A stretch of DNA of 64,000 nucleotides from an uncultured Anaerolineae bacterium (GCA_964398185.1 CAYNML010000025.1:4031-68030); one strand, 5' to 3'; positions 18,781 through 28,270 are shown, counted from the stretch's first letter. Program-made: numbers and translations. Notes: generated from the letters alone by a model not told the origin.

Positions 18781-20046
18781 CTAGCCTTTGAACACTGATT
18801 TGCGCTGTGCCAGCCGGTCGTTGATCATCCTCTGCACCACGCCGCGCACCTGATCGGTGAGCTGTGAAACGAGCAGCAAGTTCTGATCGGCCTTGGGGCC
18901 GTAGCCGTCCATGGAAATTGGTTCGCCAATGTCGATGTACCACTTCGTCGGCATTGGAATAACCCCCAACAGGCCCAGCCACGGGAAAGTCGGCGTAATC
19001 GGAAAGAACGGGAAACCGATCAGCTTCGCAATCAGATCGGATTTGGCCAATGACACATAGGTTTCTTCTGCGCCGACGACGGACACCGGCAGGATGGGGG
19101 TATTGGTCTTCAAGGCCATGCGGATGAACCCGCCTCGCCCAAAGCGGGCCAGCTGGTAGCGATCTTTGTACAGCTTGCCGACGCCCTTGATGCCCTCCGG
19201 AAACACGGATACCAGCTCGTCGTTTTCCAGCAAACGGATGCCATTATCCTCCGTCGCGGTCACTTGCCCGCACTTCACAAAGAGGGGCGAAACAAAAGGC
19301 AAAGTGGGAAACCACGAAGCGAACATCGTGCGCACCAGGCGATTACCGGGGTGCTCCAACCGGACCGCCGAGGCCAGCATCGCGCCATCAAACGGCAGCT
19401 GCCCCGAGTGATTTGCGACGAATAAAGCGCGGCCCGTGCCGGGCACTCGTTCCAGCCCCGTCGTCGTGACGCGCCAGTACTTACGATAGAGAAATTCGAA
19501 AAACGGCGACACGGCTTCCAGCACTTCGAGGTCCATGCCCCATTCGTCGGTTTCGTATTCGCCGCGCAGGCGGCGCTGCACCGTGGCCGCCTGGAACTGC
19601 ACCGTCTGGTTGGCGATGAACCACGCGCCCTTCCATGTGTCGATGTCCAACAAATCGCCCGCCACCGAGCGCAGCTTGTCGAAGTTGGACTTGCCCAGGA
19701 TGTTCTGGGCGGCCTCGATCGCATTTTGCGCGCCGGGCAGGTTTGCGGGCGCAAAGGCCGGGCTGAGTTCCCTTAAGCGAGTGATCAGATCGTTGAGCTC
19801 TTGTACCAACTGCTGCTGCAACTGCTCGACCGGCAGTTCTGCCTCACCGGCTGCCGTACCGCCGTTCGACGCAGGTTGCGCGGACGCGAACGCCGGTTCA
19901 GGCGGGGGGCCGCTGATCTCCTCGAGGGCCGCCACGGCTTTCTTGACCTTCACCTCGCCGTTACCGTCGGCTGGCTTCAATTCCGTCGGGACCGCCGGGG
20001 CTGATCGGGTGGTGCGACGCCGGGTGGGTTTCTTCGGCTCGGTCAT
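18781..20046 (-). CDS. Lysophospholipid (1-acyl-glycerol-3-phosphate) acyltransferase family protein with ~170-aa basic/Pro-rich N-terminal extension
   Basis: LPLAT HX4D motif in VANHSGQLPFDG and FPEG motif in VSVFPEGIKG. The start overlaps the upstream gene stop (ATGA). Confidence 0.75.
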   Translation of the reverse strand: MTEPKKPTRRRTTRSAPAVPTELKPADGNGEVKVKKAVAALEEISGPPPEPAFASAQPASNGGTAAGEAELPVEQLQQQLVQELNDLITRLRELSPAFAPANLPGAQNAIEAAQNILGKSNFDKLRSVAGDLLDIDTWKGAWFIANQTVQFQAATVQRRLRGEYETDEWGMDLEVLEAVSPFFEFLYRKYWRVTTTGLERVPGTGRALFVANHSGQLPFDGAMLASAVRLEHPGNRLVRTMFASWFPTLPFVSPLFVKCGQVTATEDNGIRLLENDELVSVFPEGIKGVGKLYKDRYQLARFGRGGFIRMALKTNTPILPVSVVGAEETYVSLAKSDLIAKLIGFPFFPITPTFPWLGLLGVIPMPTKWYIDIGEPISMDGYGPKADQNLLLVSQLTDQVRGVVQRMINDRLAQRKSVFKG

Positions 20047-21158
20047 TGGCTCTTCTCCTCGTACAGACTGCTATCCGCGGCTTCGGCAATCGTATCCGCC
20101 TGGGTGCGACCGCGCGGGCGCGGGCGCGCTGCGCCGCGGGCCATTTGCTGCCGCAGGTTCTTGCGGCGTTCGATGACGGTCCGCAGTCGTTCTTCCTCGG
20201 CCTCCTGCGCGGTCAGGCCGGAAACGGCCGCTTTCTGTTTCTGCAGGGCGGCAAATTCGCGCACCACGTCTTCGGCCAAGTGGGCGGGCTGGAAATCCAG
20301 GTCTTCACGCATGCGTTGCAGATCGCCCACGCACGGATAGCGCAGGTAATCGAAATCGATCGAGGTGAACTGCGGGCCGAGGAACGATTCGCCCAGATAA
20401 GCGAAGGGGTGGAACACCGGCACCGGAAACTTGCCCGCCAGGCCGGTCAGTTTGAACAACGGCATCGCGCCCGGCGCCGCAATGTTGTAAGTGCCGGGCA
20501 CTTCATAGATGACGGCGTGGGCCAACGCACCAGCCACATCATCTTCGTGCACGATCTGCACCACGGGATCGAAGCCCAGCAGCATGGGCGCCGTGTCGTC
20601 GCGCAGAAACCGCGCGAGGGGGGAAGCGACGGTCGGACCCAGGATGTGCGCGAAACGCAGGATCGTGATTTTGAGTTGGGGCGCCTGGCTGCGAAAGCCG
20701 GCGATGAAGGTCTCAATCTCCAACAGGTCGCGCAGCGTCCCGAAGTTGCGTTTGGCATGCAGCGGGTGATCCTCGCGCAAGAAAGCAGAGTTCCCCGGCT
20801 GCGCGCCGTACAACAGCGTGCTGCTCATCAAGACGATGTGCTGGACGCCCGCTTCAGCACACGCGCTGAGCACCTTCATCGTGCCCATGACGTTGAATTC
20901 GAAGGCGCTCTCGCTAGGCCGGGCGCTTTCCTTGAAAGCCAGGTGCACGTAGGTGTGCACTTTCTCCTCGCGCAGCAGTTCCACCAGCAGCGGATTGCGC
21001 ATATCGGCTTGAATGAAGTCGATGCCGCTGCCCTGCCGCGGCGGTTCGGTGTCCAGCCCGATCACGTGCAGCCCGGGTTCGGCTAGCAAGTGATCGGCCA
21101 CGCGCCCGCCCCAATAACCGGCGACGCCATCAATGAGGACGACACGCTGTTCAGTCAT
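20043..21158 (-). CDS. NAD(P)-binding Rossmann epimerase/dehydratase-like protein (atypical extended SDR; no clear YxxxK)
   Basis: GxxGxxG in GVAGYWGG with extended-SDR length and topology; no canonical YxxxK was seen by eye. Confidence 0.65.
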   Translation of the reverse strand: MTEQRVVLIDGVAGYWGGRVADHLLAEPGLHVIGLDTEPPRQGSGIDFIQADMRNPLLVELLREEKVHTYVHLAFKESARPSESAFEFNVMGTMKVLSACAEAGVQHIVLMSSTLLYGAQPGNSAFLREDHPLHAKRNFGTLRDLLEIETFIAGFRSQAPQLKITILRFAHILGPTVASPLARFLRDDTAPMLLGFDPVVQIVHEDDVAGALAHAVIYEVPGTYNIAAPGAMPLFKLTGLAGKFPVPVFHPFAYLGESFLGPQFTSIDFDYLRYPCVGDLQRMREDLDFQPAHLAEDVVREFAALQKQKAAVSGLTAQEAEEERLRTVIERRKNLRQQMARGAARPRPRGRTQADTIAEAADSSLYEEKSQ

Positions 21159-21619
21159 AGTGAAGTCTCCTGCTCCAAGATCAAGTGTTCCAGTCCTTTG
21201 ACTTTCAACAAAGCGGGATACTGCTGATACAGCGGCGCGACGGCGGGGACGAGGCGCAGCACTTTGATCACTGGGCCGGTGGTCTGTATCTGTCGCCGCG
21301 CTAGCGCCGAACCCAGGTTCACACGCCCAAGCCAGAAGTCGTGCGCCAGGTCGCCTGTCATGATCATGACAATCTCAGGTTTCAGATCGCACGAGCCGAG
21401 GAAGACATCGACATAGCCGCCGAATTGGGTGGGCGCGCCGCACGCGCTAATCGTGATCTGGGCTTCAGGGCTGGAATAGCGCAGCTGAATCACCGTGTCG
21501 GATCGCGCGATGATGGGGCCGATGTTGGGGTCGCGTGCGGCGCGCTGCAGCAATTCACCGATGGTCTCATAGAACTGCTGGCTGTCCTGAAACACGCTCA
21601 TGGCCGTCTCTCCCGCCAC
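21155..21619 (-). CDS. SCP2 sterol/lipid-carrier domain protein
   Basis: C-terminal SCP2-like segment ...GSALARRQIQTTGPVIKVLRL...; first gene of a translationally coupled three-gene operon. Confidence 0.5.
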   Translation of the reverse strand: MAGETAMSVFQDSQQFYETIGELLQRAARDPNIGPIIARSDTVIQLRYSSPEAQITISACGAPTQFGGYVDVFLGSCDLKPEIVMIMTGDLAHDFWLGRVNLGSALARRQIQTTGPVIKVLRLVPAVAPLYQQYPALLKVKGLEHLILEQETSL

Positions 21620-21734
21620 TGCAACGAGGCTGTACTTATCTTACCCTAAATCGCAGTCGGTGTACAGTCCTGCCGCAGCGCGTTACCGGTGCTGGCGGCA
21701 GCAAAATCTAACAAACATTTTATACGCCAGGCCC

Positions 21735-21772
21735 TTGACATTCATGACGCACTGTGTTATTATAATGACGCA
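21735..21772 (+). promoter_or_regulatory. Sigma70 promoter TTGACA-17-TGtTATTAT with two direct ATGACGCA repeats 21 bp apart (candidate PhaR operator)
   Basis: TTGACA at 21735-40 and an extended -10 at 21755-63. ATGACGCA at 21744-51 and 21765-72. The same TGACGCA motif also sits in the hairpin loop upstream of phaR (22248-54). Confidence 0.5.
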
Positions 21773-21839
21773 ACGCGCAATGGTCAAGCGCGGAGCAACT
21801 GACAAAATCAAACTTCACTCTCTCTCAGGAGGATCTATC

Positions 21840-22208
21840 ATGGAAAACGTCGTCGAGCAGGTCAAGCCGGAAGTCGAGAAGGCCAAGGAAGTTATGGCGG
21901 AAGAGACGAACAAGCTGCAAGAAGCGCTGCATCGCGTGATGCTGGCGGCCGTGGGTACCGTGGGTCTGGTGCAGGACGAGCTGGAGCACTTTGTGAACAA
22001 AGCCGTCGAACGCGGCCAGATTGCGGAGAAAGAAGCACGCCAGACGGTGCATGACGTGACCGAGAAGCGCAAAGGCGCCGAGAAGGAAGTGGACAAGCGC
22101 TTTGAGGATATGCTGGTCAAGTTGAACATCCCAACCAAGAACGACATCGCCGCGCTGAACGACAAGATCGCCGACCTCACCAAGAAGGTCGAGTCGCTGA
22201 AGAACTAG
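21840..22208 (+). CDS. Phasin family PHA granule-associated protein (TIGR01837-like)
   Basis: The charged helical protein ends ...LNIPTKNDIAALNDKIADLTKKVESLKN, typical of the phasin family. RBS AGGAGG lies 6 nt before ATG 21840; the ORF-track N-terminus from 21600 is an over-extension. Confidence 0.6.
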   Translation: MENVVEQVKPEVEKAKEVMAEETNKLQEALHRVMLAAVGTVGLVQDELEHFVNKAVERGQIAEKEARQTVHDVTEKRKGAEKEVDKRFEDMLVKLNIPTKNDIAALNDKIADLTKKVESLKN

Positions 22209-22237
22209 GCCGCGGCCTAATCTGGCGCACATACAGA

Positions 22238-22272
22238 CAGGGGAGCGTGACGCACAAAGTCACCCTCCCCTG
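22238..22272 (+). terminator. Stem-loop CAGGGGAG...CTCCCCTG with T-rich tail after the phasin gene
   Basis: 8-bp GC stem enclosing GTGACGCACAAAGTCAC, followed by TGTTGGTTGT. Probable terminator or attenuator. A TATAAT box lies at 22280-85, ahead of phaR. Confidence 0.45.
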
Positions 22273-22302
22273 TTGGTTGTATAATAGTCGCGAGGTGAAT
22301 CC

Positions 22303-22899
22303 ATGCCGCTCATTAAACGCTACGCTAATCGCAAACTGTACGACACCGAATCGAAACGCTATATCACCCTCGACGGCATCGCCGAGATGATCCGCCAGCA
22401 GCAGGACGTCAAGGTGGTCGATCACGAAACCGGCGAAGACATCACCGCGCTGACGCAGGCGCAGATCATCTTCGAGCAAGAACGCAAGCTGCGCAGCGGC
22501 ATTCCGCGCACCGTGTTCACCAACATCATCCAGACCAGCAGCGACACCATCAGCCAGGTCTGGCACGCCATCGTTCCCCCAGATGAAATGAAGAAAGCCG
22601 TAGACTCGGAAATTGAGAAGCGCGTGCAAGCGCTGATCAAGGCCGGACAGTTGACAGACGACGACGGCATTCGGCTGTTGGATCAATTGCTCACGCCGCC
22701 CACTCCGGAGCCGGAAGCCCCCAAACCCGATCGAACTGCGCCCCTCGGCGGCCTGGAGAAGCTCATCAAGCAGCGCGCCCCCAGCCAGGAGCAGTTGGAG
22801 CAGCTCACCAAGCAGGTTGAGGCACTTACCGCCGAGGTCGAGCGCCTAACCAAGCTCAAGCTGCCGCGCCCGCCCAGGCCACCGTCCAACAGCAAATAG
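22303..22899 (+). CDS. phaR: Polyhydroxyalkanoate synthesis repressor PhaR
   Basis: MPLIKRYANRKLYDTESKRYITLDGIAEMI...GEDITALTQAQIIFEQE is the PhaR N-terminal DNA-binding domain. The C-terminal tail is coiled-coil and Pro-rich. Confidence 0.8.
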   Translation: MPLIKRYANRKLYDTESKRYITLDGIAEMIRQQQDVKVVDHETGEDITALTQAQIIFEQERKLRSGIPRTVFTNIIQTSSDTISQVWHAIVPPDEMKKAVDSEIEKRVQALIKAGQLTDDDGIRLLDQLLTPPTPEPEAPKPDRTAPLGGLEKLIKQRAPSQEQLEQLTKQVEALTAEVERLTKLKLPRPPRPPSNSK

Positions 22900-23065
22900 C
22901 GCCCGCGTAAATTAGCCGAACGGCGCGCACCATCTACAACTGGACGCAAACAAAAACTCGCAAATCTCCCAACTCAACAAGAGCCGGAAGTGTGATATAC
23001 CTAGGCTGGACACTGGTCGATCCAGCCAATTGCTCAGTGTATCTTCCCAATCAGACACCACACCC

Positions 23066-23668
23066 ATGATCACGATCACCGGAACGACTCGCCAGACCTT
23101 TGGTTTTCCCGCCGACAGCGCCACCGCCAGCAGTTTCTATCGCGACTTCAGCCGCATCCTGCGCTACCTGCCGCACATCCATTTGATCAAAGCCTACGGG
23201 CCGGATCAATTCCGGGTGATGTATCACACCCTGGAACTCAGTGTGTACCGCGTGCGGATCTACTGCGACCTGCAGGTGTGGTATGACGAGGTCGCCCAGA
23301 CCCTGCACGTAGCGCCGCTGCTGAACAAGCCGCCCGTGAAGTCCGAGGCCACAGTGCATTCGCTCACGGCGCAGGGCTATTTCACCAGCCAGTCGATCTT
23401 CCGGCCGCACGGCGATCACAGTTTGGTCGATTATCAGTTGAGCCTGGAAGCGCGCCTGCCCAAACCGTTCGGCCTGATGTTGATGCCCGACCGGGTCATT
23501 GAGCAGATTGCCAGCAACATCACCGAGTGGCGCATTCACGAGATCGCCGGGGGGTTTATCAAGCGATCCGTACAGGAATATCAGGGAGGCGCAGCTCACG
23601 CGGTGCGCCCAGTGCGGCCAGAATGGCATCCTGCTGTTGCCGCGCCGCAGCCTCACCGCGGTCGATGA
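23066..23668 (+). CDS. Hypothetical protein (possible DUF1997-like)
   Basis: ~200-aa ORF. Its 3' end overlaps the C-terminus of the convergent patatin gene by ~110 nt. Confidence 0.35.
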   Translation: MITITGTTRQTFGFPADSATASSFYRDFSRILRYLPHIHLIKAYGPDQFRVMYHTLELSVYRVRIYCDLQVWYDEVAQTLHVAPLLNKPPVKSEATVHSLTAQGYFTSQSIFRPHGDHSLVDYQLSLEARLPKPFGLMLMPDRVIEQIASNITEWRIHEIAGGFIKRSVQEYQGGAAHAVRPVRPEWHPAVAAPQPHRGR

Positions 23669-24374
23669 GGTAAGCCGCCCGATTGAACATGAGCGAGTTG
23701 AAGCCGGCCAACGTCGGCTGGATCAGACAATCCACGGCGTCCAACCCCCCGCCCGATCGCTGGATCAGCGTCTCGAGGGCCAGCGCCCCAAAGCGCAGAG
23801 GCCCCCCGCGCCGCCGCAGGTGCGGCTGCATCAAATCTACCCCAATGACATAGTCCGCACCCAGAGTGCGGATTTGCTTTCCGGGCAGGTTGCACGACAC
23901 TCCGCCATCACCCAGCAGGCGGCCATCACGCTCCACCGGCTCCACAAAACCCGGCACCGCGCAGCTGGCATGCACCGCCGTTGCGACACGCCCTTTATTG
24001 ATCAGCACCGGCTCGCCCGTCATGAGATCGGTGGCGACCACTGCAAACGGAATCCGCAGATCGTCAAACTCCACGTCGCCGATCAGATCGAGCAGATAGC
24101 GTTCGAGTTTCTTGAAGTGAATAAAGCCCCGCCGCGGCCACACCAGCCGCGCGATGCGTCGCCAGCCGATCTGCAATGCCCGCCGATTCATCTCCTCCAA
24201 CGGCACACCCGCGCAATACACCGCGCCGATGATCGAGCCGGCGCTGACACCCGTCACACAATCGATCGGGATGTCGTGCTGCGTCAGCACGTTCAGCACG
24301 CCAATGTGCGCCGGGCCGCGTGAGATGCCCCCGCTCAACGCCAGGCCGATGCGCTTATTGCCAGGAATGGTCAT
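23559..24374 (-). CDS. Patatin-like phospholipase (RssA-like)
   Basis: LSGGISRG oxyanion hole, GVSAG nucleophile elbow and DGGV catalytic Asp. Start taken at ATG 24374 (MTIPGNKRIG). Confidence 0.75.
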   Translation of the reverse strand: MTIPGNKRIGLALSGGISRGPAHIGVLNVLTQHDIPIDCVTGVSAGSIIGAVYCAGVPLEEMNRRALQIGWRRIARLVWPRRGFIHFKKLERYLLDLIGDVEFDDLRIPFAVVATDLMTGEPVLINKGRVATAVHASCAVPGFVEPVERDGRLLGDGGVSCNLPGKQIRTLGADYVIGVDLMQPHLRRRGGPLRFGALALETLIQRSGGGLDAVDCLIQPTLAGFNSLMFNRAAYLIDRGEAAARQQQDAILAALGAPRELRLPDIPVRIA

Positions 24375-24384
24375 GGAAAGAGCT

Positions 24385-26034
24385 TTAAGGCGCCGCGCTC
24401 CCAAGCGGAGGGCGCACGTTCGCGCCAGGCTTGGCCGGCACCAGGCTCATGGCATATTCAGCCAAGGCGGTGATCGTCAGGCTGGGATTGACGCCGGGAT
24501 TGGCGGGCATGATCGAACCGTCGACGACGAACAGCCCGGGGTAGTTGTGAATCTCGCAATTGAGATCGATCACGCCGTCCTGATCGCTCAAGCCAAACGG
24601 CACGCCGCCCAAGATGTGCGCCGTCATCGGAATGTTGAGCAGCCCTTCATTCAGCGAGCCGAGCGGGATGCCGTTGGTCTTCTGGGCGAAACGCCGCGTC
24701 GCCGCATGACCGATATCGATCTTGCTGGGGATTGTGTGTTCAGCATCCGGCCGCGATACCAGATTCTTGCGCCAGGCGGTGAAGATGCTGCGCCCCAGCC
24801 GCAGCCGGATGCGATTGTCCTCCGTCTGCATCACCAGGATAATGGTCGAGCGCTGCGCCCAGCCGGGCAGCAGATGTGTTTTGGCAAAATCGCGCGGGCG
24901 CGTGAAGATTTGCGCGGCAGTCTTGAAGAAGCGCGTGATGATACGCCCGCCGCTATCGACCAGCGGCCCGGCCAGGAAGCGCATCAGTGAGGAACCCGCC
25001 GGGTAGCGCACCGGCTCGATGGTGGTCACATCGTCGGCGTGGAAGATGGACGTGATGGCGATGCCTTCCGAATAGTTGGTTTTCAACTCGCGCGCGGTGG
25101 ACCCCAGCAGCGCCTCGCTGTTGGTGCGCACCAGGTTGCCCAGCTGCTGCGAAAGGCGGGGCAGCGAGTGGGTGACATCGCGGCAGCGGAATAACAAGCG
25201 CAGGGTGCCCAGTGTCCCCGCCGAGAAGATCACATTGCGGGCGCGCACCACACGATCGGGTTTGGAGAATACCGCCGTCGCGCTGCGATAGATCACTTCA
25301 TAGCGCGCGCCGTCGGGTTGATCGGGCGGCAGCGGGTGCACATCATGCACTTCAGTTTCAGGCCAGACCTGCGCGCCCCACTTCTCAGCCAGATACAAGT
25401 AGTTCTTGACCAGTGTATTCTTAGCGCCGTGACGGCAGCCGACCATGCAGCCGCCGCAATGAATGCAGCCGGTCCGATCGGGTCCTTCACCGCCGAAGTA
25501 AGGATCGGGCACCGTCTTGCCCGCTTCGCCGAAAAATGTACCGACGTTGGTAGGCTTGAACGTGCCCTGCATATTCAACTCAGCCGCGATGTCCTGCATG
25601 ACAAAATCAGCCGGCCACAAACACGGATTGGGATTGACGCCCAACATGCGCTTGGCCGTCACGTAGTGCGGCATAAGGACGGTCTTCCAGTCGGCCAGAT
25701 GCGACCACGCCGGCGCCGCAAACAGTTTATCACTGGGAACCATCAGCACGTTGGCGTAGCCCAGGCTGCCGCCGCCCACGCCGCTGCCGTGCAGCACAAA
25801 GACATCACGAAAAGGGCTGATCTGCAAGATGCCAAAGCAGCGCAAGACCGGGAACCACAGATATTTGAAGACATTCCAGTTAGACTTGGGAAAGTCCTGG
25901 TCGCGGAAGCGCTTACCACGTTCCAGCACCAGCACGCGATAACCCTTCTCGGTCAGGCGCAGCGCTGACACGCTGCCCCCGAATCCCGATCCGACGATCA
26001 CGTAGTCGAAACACTCAGGCATGGGCTTGGCCAT
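24385..26034 (-). CDS. GMC-family FAD-dependent oxidoreductase (cholesterol oxidase / long-chain alcohol oxidase-like)
   Basis: N-terminal FAD-binding YVIVGSGFGGSV with GMC length and C-terminal motifs. Overlaps the downstream patatin start (operon). Confidence 0.8.
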   Translation of the reverse strand: MAKPMPECFDYVIVGSGFGGSVSALRLTEKGYRVLVLERGKRFRDQDFPKSNWNVFKYLWFPVLRCFGILQISPFRDVFVLHGSGVGGGSLGYANVLMVPSDKLFAAPAWSHLADWKTVLMPHYVTAKRMLGVNPNPCLWPADFVMQDIAAELNMQGTFKPTNVGTFFGEAGKTVPDPYFGGEGPDRTGCIHCGGCMVGCRHGAKNTLVKNYLYLAEKWGAQVWPETEVHDVHPLPPDQPDGARYEVIYRSATAVFSKPDRVVRARNVIFSAGTLGTLRLLFRCRDVTHSLPRLSQQLGNLVRTNSEALLGSTARELKTNYSEGIAITSIFHADDVTTIEPVRYPAGSSLMRFLAGPLVDSGGRIITRFFKTAAQIFTRPRDFAKTHLLPGWAQRSTIILVMQTEDNRIRLRLGRSIFTAWRKNLVSRPDAEHTIPSKIDIGHAATRRFAQKTNGIPLGSLNEGLLNIPMTAHILGGVPFGLSDQDGVIDLNCEIHNYPGLFVVDGSIMPANPGVNPSLTITALAEYAMSLVPAKPGANVRPPLGSAAP

Positions 26035-26071
26035 ATCCCCTCCCCGGGATGAGCTCGTTGGCGGGTGAATC

Positions 26072-26476
26072 TCACTCGATTTCTTTCACCATATGATAGA
26101 TGAGGTCGGTATCCGACACGACGGCGAGCGGTTTGTGTTTGCCATTCTCGTCGCGCACCACCACCACGCGGTGGATGTGGTGCTCCAGCAGCAGATTCGC
26201 TACAGCCGCCAGTCGATCTTCCGGCGCCACCGTCACCACCTCCCGGGTCATGTAATCACTCACCGGCTGGCGCTGCCAATCATCTCTGGCCAGATAGCCG
26301 CGCAGCACGTCGCTGCGTGTAATGATGCCTGTCAGGTAACCCGCCGCATCGGTAACAACCAGCGAACTGATGTCGTGTTCCACCATCTTGGTCACGGCAT
26401 CAATCAGCGGCGCATCGGATGCGCAACAATGACAGCCGAAGCGTTTGGCCTCGAGGACAGTGCGGCCTTGTTTCAT
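26072..26476 (-). CDS. CBS domain pair protein
   Basis: Two CBS motifs (…SLVVTDAAGYLTGIITRSDV…, …HRVVVVRDENGKHKPLAVVSDTDL…). Internal ATG 26476 has RBS AGGAGA; the ORF-track N-terminal 72 aa is low-complexity extension. Confidence 0.7.
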   Translation of the reverse strand: MKQGRTVLEAKRFGCHCCASDAPLIDAVTKMVEHDISSLVVTDAAGYLTGIITRSDVLRGYLARDDWQRQPVSDYMTREVVTVAPEDRLAAVANLLLEHHIHRVVVVRDENGKHKPLAVVSDTDLIYHMVKEIE

Positions 26477-26555
26477 GCTGATCTCCTGCAAGGATGTGGA
26501 TGAGCCGTGCTCAAAGTGTACTCCATCGTGAAATGAAATACAAGCGTCCGTGAAT

Positions 26556-27719
26556 CTAGAAGTCGACTGGCCGGCCGTCGTAAGCGCATTCAAAGAGGCG
26601 GCGCAAGTCGTCCGCGCTGGGAAGGCGCTGGCTGGTGGCGATCTGCGTGTCGGTCTCAGCGCGCCGCACCAGTTCCGGGAGAGCCTGCTCAAAAGCTGGC
26701 CGATCGATCCCCAGCTCGCGCACGGTCAACGGCTGATTGAGTTGTCGCTCCAGATCGCGCACAGCCGCGGTTAAACTCGCCGCCCCGATCGGTTCCGTGT
26801 CCGCCCGCAGGCCCAGCGTCTTGGCGATGTCTGCATAACGGCTATCGCCGCCGTTGGCCGTAAACTCGATCGTGTAGGGGAGAAATAACGCCACCGCGCG
26901 CCCATGCGATACCCGAAACAACGCGCCCAGCGCATGGCCCATGCAGTGCGCCAGCGTGGCCTGCGAATTACCAAAGCCGATGCCGCCAATAGCAGCCGCA
27001 TTGTGCATGTGCTCGCGCGCTTCCCGATCCGATCCGTCAGCGTAGGCGCGCGGCAAATAGGCGAAGATCAACCGCACGGCGTGCAGGCACAGCGCGTCGG
27101 AGAAATCGCTGCGCCAGGTGCTCTGATAACTCTCGATCGATTGCGTCAGCGCGTCGAGGCCGGTATCGGCTGTGATGGACGGCGGCAGCGACATGACCAA
27201 CGCCGGATCGATGATGGCGTAATCGGGCAGCATGCCGCGCGTGCCTACACCCACCTTACGCTGCTCCACCGTATCGGTCAGCACGGCGTACCACGTTGCT
27301 TCCGACCCCGTGCCCGAGGTGGTGGGGATGGCGATCAACCTGGCCTTGGCGCGCATTGTATACAGATCGAAGGGATTGACGTTGATGGCTTCGATGCCGG
27401 GATTCTCGTACAGCAGCCACGCCGCCTTGGCCGCATCCAGGCACGATCCGCCGCCGAGGCCGATGATCCAATCGGGCTGGTGTTGAGCCAGAGCGTCGGC
27501 GCAGCGCTGGGCCATTTGCAGCGACGGCTCCGGCTCCACCTCGTCGAAGATCGTGCAGGCCAGTCCCGCCGCGCCGAGCTGATCGATCACGAGCTGCGCC
27601 AATCCCAACTGCACGATGTTACGATCAGTGATCACAAAGGCGCGCTGTCCCGTCAGCTGCGCCAGGAAGCTCAGCGCTTCTTCGCCGAAGACGACGTGCG
27701 GGCTGTCAAAGAACCACAT
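26556..27719 (-). CDS. Iron-containing (group III) alcohol dehydrogenase
   Basis: Fe-ADH motifs GGGSCLDAAK and GxxHxxxH (HCMGHALGALFRVSHG). Confidence 0.8.
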   Translation of the reverse strand: MWFFDSPHVVFGEEALSFLAQLTGQRAFVITDRNIVQLGLAQLVIDQLGAAGLACTIFDEVEPEPSLQMAQRCADALAQHQPDWIIGLGGGSCLDAAKAAWLLYENPGIEAINVNPFDLYTMRAKARLIAIPTTSGTGSEATWYAVLTDTVEQRKVGVGTRGMLPDYAIIDPALVMSLPPSITADTGLDALTQSIESYQSTWRSDFSDALCLHAVRLIFAYLPRAYADGSDREAREHMHNAAAIGGIGFGNSQATLAHCMGHALGALFRVSHGRAVALFLPYTIEFTANGGDSRYADIAKTLGLRADTEPIGAASLTAAVRDLERQLNQPLTVRELGIDRPAFEQALPELVRRAETDTQIATSQRLPSADDLRRLFECAYDGRPVDF

Positions 27720-27790
27720 CGTTCACGCTCCTGAAACGACAAAGGGACACGATCGGAGTGATGTGTCCCTTGCGCAAATTGTCGGCGAGT

Positions 27791-28201
27791 TTAGGCCGGC
27801 CAGTCGGTGGCGACGCGCGTCGCGCACAAGACCAGTTCCGTGGCGGCTTTGGGCGCTTTCATGATCTTGAGCATGTTGCCCTTCAGTTTCAGCTGGCGCG
27901 TGACCATGCCCTGAATCGGATCAAGTTTCTTGTCCACCACTTTGCGCCAGACGGGGTACGTCGCTTCGATGACGAACTCGGGCGCCTTGGCCGCAGCGTC
28001 GGCGGCGCGGAAGGCAGCGCGGCATTCGCCGTGCCACAGATCGACGTAGAGATACACTTCAGCTGGTTCACCGGGCATGCCGGTCACCACCCAGTAGAAA
28101 TCGCCTTCCCACGTCTTGGCCGCATCGCGATAACCGTCGCTCTTGTTCAGTTCGTCTTTCAGCGCCGCCATCCACTCTTCCGATGCAAACTTGATACCCA
28201 T
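27791..28201 (-). CDS. SCP2 sterol-carrier domain protein
   Basis: SEEWMAALKDELNKSDGYRDAAKTWEGDF ... MVTRQLKLKGNMLKIMK is the SCP2 fold signature. Confidence 0.65.
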   Translation of the reverse strand: MGIKFASEEWMAALKDELNKSDGYRDAAKTWEGDFYWVVTGMPGEPAEVYLYVDLWHGECRAAFRAADAAAKAPEFVIEATYPVWRKVVDKKLDPIQGMVTRQLKLKGNMLKIMKAPKAATELVLCATRVATDWPA

Positions 28202-28270
28202 GCTGGCCTCCTTAAGCCCTCAATGTTGTATCCATTGTATAACCGCCTGCGCCGCGAGGCAAGTGGCAGT

